Source of the DNA: an uncultured Dehalococcoidales bacterium
GTDB taxonomy: Bacteria; Chloroflexota; Dehalococcoidia; Dehalococcoidales; UBA5627
Length of the DNA: 64,000 nucleotides
Direction of reading: 5' to 3'
NCBI GenBank assembly: GCA_964547375.1
Contig: CAZJMW010000001.1
Location: 2,319-66,318 of the forward strand
The position numbers were made by a program, and so were the translations under genes. This document shows, piece after piece, positions 59,090 to 64,000 of the stretch. The notes under the pieces are model-generated. The model searched no databases and was not told the origin of the DNA. It saw only the letters and a list, made by a program, of their open reading frames with translations. Each line of letters starts with the position of its first letter. Within the stretch, counting starts at the first letter, position 1.

Positions 59090-61033
59090 TTAAAGCCGCT
59101 CTTTCCTTATGGCATCGGAATAGTTCCGGCTCACAGCAACGTCTTCTTCGTTTGGCTTGCAACCTGAATAAAGCAACCTTTCGATAAAGCCGGTAAACTC
59201 GTTGAATAGCTGGCTTAGAAATCCCAGTTTCGGACTGGTTTCTTCGGCATATTCCCGGATGGTCTGCTGCGGTTTTATTGTGGTAGATGTAATTTCAGCG
59301 ATAATTTTCAGGCTTCGGATATACCAATCTACAATGCGGGCGTACAGGCTGTTTTTTTCATGTTTATTCCAGATGATCACTGTATCCGGGCCTATTTTTG
59401 CTTTAGTTAACGATATTGGAGCAGGCGATTGCTCTTCTGTAAGTCCTGTTCCCAATTGCGGGCTCCATCTACTGCGTTTGCCTATTTTCACACGCAGCAC
59501 TATGGTGAGAATAATAAGAACTGCCAGGATAATTCCAAGATTGGCGACATTTATAACATATATATCCCGGTTGACTTCAAGCGGTGCATTCCACGCTTCG
59601 GAAGGTTGAATTTGAATATTAATTTGTTGATAACCAAGCAGGCTGAATTCCATCCCTTTATTAATACCGCCTGTAAATGCCCCCTCCATCGATGATTGCG
59701 ACTGGGCTGTTTTATCACTCATTTCCATGGTTATTAACGCATTTTTTAGGGGACCTAATTCAGAGTACAACTCACCATCGATGCTTATTGTCCCCGGAAT
59801 CAGACATAGGTTAGGTAATGAAAGGTCGAGATAAGTCTTGGCTTGAGATACGGTAATATTTAAAAAAGAGATGACGGGAGAGTATCGCTTGTAAGCGGGG
59901 GATGATGCTATTATCGTATGATTTCCCAGAGCTATTTCATTGGGGATATCGACGGGAGTATTAAAAGATGTTTCCGTAATCACATTTGAAGTAAAATTGT
60001 CGTCAATATGGATATTGAGCAAACGGTCATTCATGACAGGAGAGTCTTCATAGTCAATTGTTCCGTATAAAGCAATCGATTTCCCCGGATATGCCTGCCC
60101 TGTAATAAAAAGCTCCAGTTCGCAGGAATAGTACTTTACGAATATGTTAGAAATCCGGCTTACCGAACCCAAATAGCTGCCGATATCGGAGCCCTCGGGG
60201 TAATAGATTGCCTGTATTTCTATTTCAGGGATGTACCAATACGGCAACTCTAATTTTCCCCGGTAATTTCCCTGGTCATCGATAGCAAACTCTGAATAAC
60301 TGATACCGTTTAAAGCAAGAACTACGTTTCTACCGGGTAACGGCTTACCATTTGAGTATAATGAGACGGTAAAATTGATTTCATCTCCGACAAAGGCTTC
60401 CAGCGGTTCAACTGTAAGCATCACCTGGCTTGGTTCATAGTTGTCATGCAAATGTTCTGGGTCAACCAATGGACGGCTGAACAAATCCAGCATATCCTCA
60501 ATCCGTTGCAATTTATCGAGGATTTCATTGTAAATCAATTTTAAATCGCTTTGAGAAGATTCTTTTTCTATCGCCAGGTAACTTCCGATAGCTTCCACAG
60601 ACGAAGTAACCTGCCCAAGCTCATCATATGCGCGGGGTAAATTTTCGATTATCTGTCGGCGGATTATCTCGGCTTCATCCAACAGATATTGGTATAATAA
60701 TTCGCCTTCTCTCTGCCAAAAAGCATCGATCTCATCTATTGAGTAAGACAATGCTATGCTATAGTTATTGAAGTCTTCGGTTGACGGATTAAGTTTACCG
60801 GGTATATTGGCAAACGGCATAATAACAAGCAGGCTTTCAGTCTTTTCGGGATTAATTTGTAAAATAGTATCGAGGGAATTCGAATAGTATTGAAGCAGAG
60901 AGATGCTGCTGAATATCTCACCGGCTGTTTCGGGGTCTTCGTGGTATTCGATTCCGTCCGCATAGATGGTTAAAACCGGGCTGAAAACAACTGCCAGCAT
61001 CAATAATATTCCCGTAATACATCTCTTTACCAT
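59090..61033 (-). CDS. Large membrane protein: signal/anchor, Ig-like extracytoplasmic region, TM, C-terminal DUF4129-like domain
   Basis: 647 aa. Late TM helix (NLGIILAVLIILTIVL) followed by ...TIREYAEE...FIERLLYSG...EDV, resembling DUF4129. Confidence 0.55.
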   Translation of the reverse strand: MVKRCITGILLMLAVVFSPVLTIYADGIEYHEDPETAGEIFSSISLLQYYSNSLDTILQINPEKTESLLVIMPFANIPGKLNPSTEDFNNYSIALSYSIDEIDAFWQREGELLYQYLLDEAEIIRRQIIENLPRAYDELGQVTSSVEAIGSYLAIEKESSQSDLKLIYNEILDKLQRIEDMLDLFSRPLVDPEHLHDNYEPSQVMLTVEPLEAFVGDEINFTVSLYSNGKPLPGRNVVLALNGISYSEFAIDDQGNYRGKLELPYWYIPEIEIQAIYYPEGSDIGSYLGSVSRISNIFVKYYSCELELFITGQAYPGKSIALYGTIDYEDSPVMNDRLLNIHIDDNFTSNVITETSFNTPVDIPNEIALGNHTIIASSPAYKRYSPVISFLNITVSQAKTYLDLSLPNLCLIPGTISIDGELYSELGPLKNALITMEMSDKTAQSQSSMEGAFTGGINKGMEFSLLGYQQINIQIQPSEAWNAPLEVNRDIYVINVANLGIILAVLIILTIVLRVKIGKRSRWSPQLGTGLTEEQSPAPISLTKAKIGPDTVIIWNKHEKNSLYARIVDWYIRSLKIIAEITSTTIKPQQTIREYAEETSPKLGFLSQLFNEFTGFIERLLYSGCKPNEEDVAVSRNYSDAIRKERL

Positions 61034-61052
61034 ATGGTATAACCTTAACTTG

Positions 61053-61304
61053 TCACTTTAGAATTTCAATTACTTCCATGGTTACAACTACCAGAAATGC
61101 GGCAAATATAATAGCGCTTAAACCGTTTAAAGCGGATTTTGCCCTGGGATTAAGATAAACATAAAGCAGGGTTATAATTAAATAAGCGATGGCATTTACA
61201 ATAAAATAAACCGAGATGTCATCCTGGCCAAGAAAAGCCAGTAGTACATTTATAATACCGAAGGCAATTGCCAGTGAGATAATCAGCCTGTTGAAAATTC
61301 TCAA
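61053..61304 (-). CDS. Small three-TM membrane protein, hypothetical
   Basis: 83 aa, hydrophobic. 4-nt overlap with the upstream gene. Confidence 0.5.
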   Translation of the reverse strand: MRIFNRLIISLAIAFGIINVLLAFLGQDDISVYFIVNAIAYLIITLLYVYLNPRAKSALNGLSAIIFAAFLVVVTMEVIEILK

Positions 61305-62095
61305 GTCAATACCTCTAATGTAATATGATATTTACCTTTATGGTACTTCTCTTCGAGTATACGAACCGGCTTCTGCAACGCTTCACTGGAAACGGCAGCA
61401 GTAATCGAGGCTATCGGGCTTCCCAGGCAGTAGTAGTACCAGATTTCCTCATATGCCATTTTGGCATTTCTGACATCGATATTAACTCGGGCTTCGGTCA
61501 TATCTACTTTTACACCATCCGCGATATCCAGTAAACCGGTAAGAATGTAGCCGATTGCCGCCTCTATTTCATAAGCATTCGGCCCGGGCGGGCTTTCAAG
61601 CATTTCCAGATTGATGCTGCCCGGAGTGGTAACTGCAATTGCCATATCATCTGCATCAGGGCCGTATCTGACAATCAGACGGCCGGGTAATTTATCCCTA
61701 ATTTTCTTGATATTGCAATCTTCTTTTACAGGTATAATCGCTTGCGGATAACCGTTTCTCATCTTAGCTGGTAAATAAATGGCCTTGTTTCTGATTCCGA
61801 TTTCCTCTAAAAGTGCGGCTGTATTTTCCATGCCGGCCTTCAACAGTATTTGAGATGCTTCGGGTGAAATATAAGGACGTGCACTTGCCAGAAAGAAACT
61901 GGCCAGGCCTAAAATTATCGATGAAAGGGCGGCAGCAGTCAGCGGCACCGATGCAAAAAAGAAATAGAACAAGGGGGCCATAATAGCACCGGCTACGGAT
62001 AGTATAATACCTAATATCTTATACGGATTCTTCACAAACGCAACCTCAAAAACTATTATGCTTATTATAGAATAAAAGATCAAGCAATTGGGCAT
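61301..62095 (-). CDS. Membrane protein with 2-3 N-terminal TM helices and a soluble C-terminal domain, hypothetical
   Basis: First gene of the co-directional cluster. The start is uncertain (ATG 62095 or downstream GTG). Confidence 0.5.
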   Translation of the reverse strand: MPNCLIFYSIISIIVFEVAFVKNPYKILGIILSVAGAIMAPLFYFFFASVPLTAAALSSIILGLASFFLASARPYISPEASQILLKAGMENTAALLEEIGIRNKAIYLPAKMRNGYPQAIIPVKEDCNIKKIRDKLPGRLIVRYGPDADDMAIAVTTPGSINLEMLESPPGPNAYEIEAAIGYILTGLLDIADGVKVDMTEARVNIDVRNAKMAYEEIWYYYCLGSPIASITAAVSSEALQKPVRILEEKYHKGKYHITLEVLT

Positions 62096-62315
62096 TTATC
62101 GGCAAAAAAATGAAAATATTTAAAATATTAGTGAACAATTCAAATACTTAGTCCTGTAACTATAAAAGGACAGAACATAGTTATCGCCTCCCTTCGATGG
62201 ATTACATAAAGTAATTAAAACTACATAAAAACAGCAGTACTTTAGTCCTTGAATTCAAAAAAGTGCATGAAAATGACCATAATAGTAATTGACAAACCAT
62301 ACGTCTAATGATTCA

Positions 62316-62588
62316 ATGAATTTATTATACATAAAAAGGATTGATGCTAAATTGTTAATAAACGCTTTAGGGGCCACTTTGAACCAAGCCTCGGTAGGGG
62401 TGCTCTTAATGTCATTAGGTGTTTCTCTGCTGATTACACTATTTGCATCCCTGGTTGTCAGGGAGCTATCAACCGGGAATGGTTTTACGTCAAAGCTAAT
62501 CAATGCCAACTTTGATGTAGTATTAATTCCTGCCTTTTTCATCTTCTGTTTTATATTTATTGTTAAATTAGTGACTGCAGTCACATAA
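62316..62588 (+). CDS. Possible small two-TM membrane protein (90 aa) in an AT-rich gap
   Basis: The plus-frame ORF has two hydrophobic segments. A fully overlapping minus ORF (62255..62584) is less protein-like. No clear SD. Confidence 0.25.
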   Translation: MNLLYIKRIDAKLLINALGATLNQASVGVLLMSLGVSLLITLFASLVVRELSTGNGFTSKLINANFDVVLIPAFFIFCFIFIVKLVTAVT

Positions 62589-62836
62589 AACTTAACTGAT
62601 CAAATATATAATCACTGTATTCTAAAAAATAGCAAATCATACTAAGCGATACGATTCTGTTATTTATATTCTGATTTTAGATGTGTATGGTCAATATGGT
62701 ACTTTTAAATAGAATTGTAAAATAAACTAGTGGACAGTAATGGACAATACGGCATATTTGTACTATTATAAAATTAATAAATTAAACTATTGATATAAAG
62801 AGGATTTTCACGTAATAACAATATTGGGTGTTATGA

Positions 62837-63385
62837 ATGCAAAATAGCAAGAAAGACCTGATGACATTAAAAGAAGTGGCGTTATATCTGCGGGTAACGG
62901 AAAAAACGATACACAGGTTATTAGATAAAAATGCCATCCCCGCTTCCAAGGTGGGGAAATTGTGGCGCTTCGATAGAGAAGTATTAAATGACTGGTTAAA
63001 AGACAATGCGGTTTCCGCAAAAAATCGCATTCTGGTAATTGATGATGAGAAGAATATCGGCAAATTGATTGAAATGACTCTCGGGAAAAATGGGCATGAG
63101 GTAATTATTGCTGATTCGGCTTTGCAGGGACTGGAAATTGTAAAAAATGAGGATCTGGACCTCGTCTTTCTTGATTTAAAAATGCCCGATATCGATGGAG
63201 CTGAGCTGTTTAAAAAGATTCGGCAAGCCAAACCGGAAATACAGGTTATTATCGTAACAGGTTATCCTGAGAGCGAACTGATGATGAAAGCATTAAAGTA
63301 TGGCCCCTTCGGCGTAATGCAGAAACCATTTAGCGGCCCCGATATAATACAGGTTGTAAACTGTTTCTTGCGAATTCCTCAATAA
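62837..63385 (+). CDS. Response regulator with N-terminal excisionase/MerR-type HTH and C-terminal receiver domain
   Basis: MTLKEVALYLRVTEKTIHRLLDKNAIPASKVGKLWRFDREVLNDWL, followed by REC (ILVIDDE...DLVFLDLKMPDIDG...IIVTGY). Confidence 0.8.
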   Translation: MQNSKKDLMTLKEVALYLRVTEKTIHRLLDKNAIPASKVGKLWRFDREVLNDWLKDNAVSAKNRILVIDDEKNIGKLIEMTLGKNGHEVIIADSALQGLEIVKNEDLDLVFLDLKMPDIDGAELFKKIRQAKPEIQVIIVTGYPESELMMKALKYGPFGVMQKPFSGPDIIQVVNCFLRIPQ

Positions 63386-63755
63386 AACAGACCTTAAATG
63401 TAATTTTTTGTTTTTCAGTTTTGCTTTCGGTTTAATCTTTCCGCTAACACCACTTTCATTTTCCGGTTCGGGATTATCTATTACGGCAGAATAAACGGCG
63501 CATCTATAGACATAGAGCCGGCATTAATCTAATTTAACACCTTTTAAGGTACACCATCTCCGGTACATTTCTTACGGGTTTTGAATGTTAAAGATGAAAC
63601 AGATGTATACCCAAGCATTACCTATCCTTCCCGGTTTTTATGACTACGCCGGGGATTATAATTAATCCGGTTATAATAAAACATTTCTCATGTTAATAAT
63701 ACGCTTTTAATTTGAAGAGTTGAGCCGATTCCTTTTATACAGGGTATATCTCCAT

Positions 63756-64000
63756 TTAAACAACCTTTTCTTGATAGCTTTTTGCTATATCGATAGCAAT
63801 ACCGGCAACTGTAATTGCATCTTCTCCCAGGGCTACGAAAAGCGGTTCCTTGCCCCAGCCGTCTCCCTCATAGAATAAGCGGGGCAGGCCGCCGGAGCTT
63901 GAGACCAGTTGCTTTATTTTCCAAGGCATCGATGTCCCGTCCCTCTTCATTATCTCATCGGGTTCCTTGCTACGGTCTATCCAACCGAAAAGACACCCGT
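63756..64000 (-). CDS. C-terminal part of an unidentified protein; 5' end beyond the window
   Basis: The frame is open from position 64000 (GCLFGWIDRSKEPDEIMKRDG...) to the stop at 63756. I recognise no motif. Confidence 0.4.
   Translation of the reverse strand, partial: GCLFGWIDRSKEPDEIMKRDGTSMPWKIKQLVSSSGGLPRLFYEGDGWGKEPLFVALGEDAITVAGIAIDIAKSYQEKVV

Noticed and set aside
55504-62836. Genomic island integrated at tRNA-Val
   Set aside because: I found no integrase and no direct repeat of the tRNA 3' end at the far boundary (62096-62836). Only the adjacency and the AT-rich gap are suggestive.

Overview
Bacterial chromosomal window, moderately AT-rich, almost fully coding and mostly core housekeeping. 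All functional calls come from motifs I recognise in the translations; no searches were run.

Gene order, left to right:
- uvrC, partial. The ORF track missed it because it runs off the left edge.
- An Ala-rich coiled-coil protein, xerD, pcm, a SpoIIM-like membrane protein, and an EF-G2-type GTPase.
- prmC-prfA, an NDP-sugar pyrophosphorylase, a parvulin PPIase, hom-thrC, a flavin reductase, and folE.
- A yjbQ gene broken by a single in-frame TAG.
- GIY-YIG/tex, a cupin, two uncharacterised repeat-domain proteins, rimO, a C-N hydrolase, and an alpha/beta hydrolase.
- The pyrimidine operon pyrR-pyrB-pyrC-carA-carB-pyrK with a textbook PyrR attenuator.
- ygiQ-arsC and arsR-permease-thioredoxin-like genes, then a gerW(ytfJ)/DUF2953 cluster and an AT-rich three-gene islet.
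- pcrA, mutL, pyrE, lepB, a SIMPL lipoprotein, a CaCA antiporter, ribD-ribE-ribBA-ribH, bioY, and tRNA-Val(GAC).
- A six-gene MoxR/DUF58/DUF4350-like/DUF4129-like membrane cluster and an HTH-REC response regulator.

Gene content and operon layout suggest a non-proteobacterial anaerobe. My guess is Chloroflexota/Dehalococcoidia-like, which is low-confidence inference.

I saw no CRISPR array, transposase, integrase-bearing island, rRNA or recognisable defence system.

The most unusual sequence-level signal is a set of modular, hairpin-rich intergenic repeat families.
- They are concentrated at 14.8-18.2 kb, with further copies at 31.5, 38.7 and 45.6 kb.
- They sit directly after stop codons and bracket single genes.

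Other points worth a second look:
- The amber-interrupted yjbQ.
- A pyrK 5' end with no canonical start codon.
- A 430-bp orphan convergent intergenic region with a tmRNA-like 5' motif but no tRNA-like 3' end.
- The function-unknown MoxR/DUF58 cluster next to the tRNA.
- Several tiny ORFs below the track threshold.
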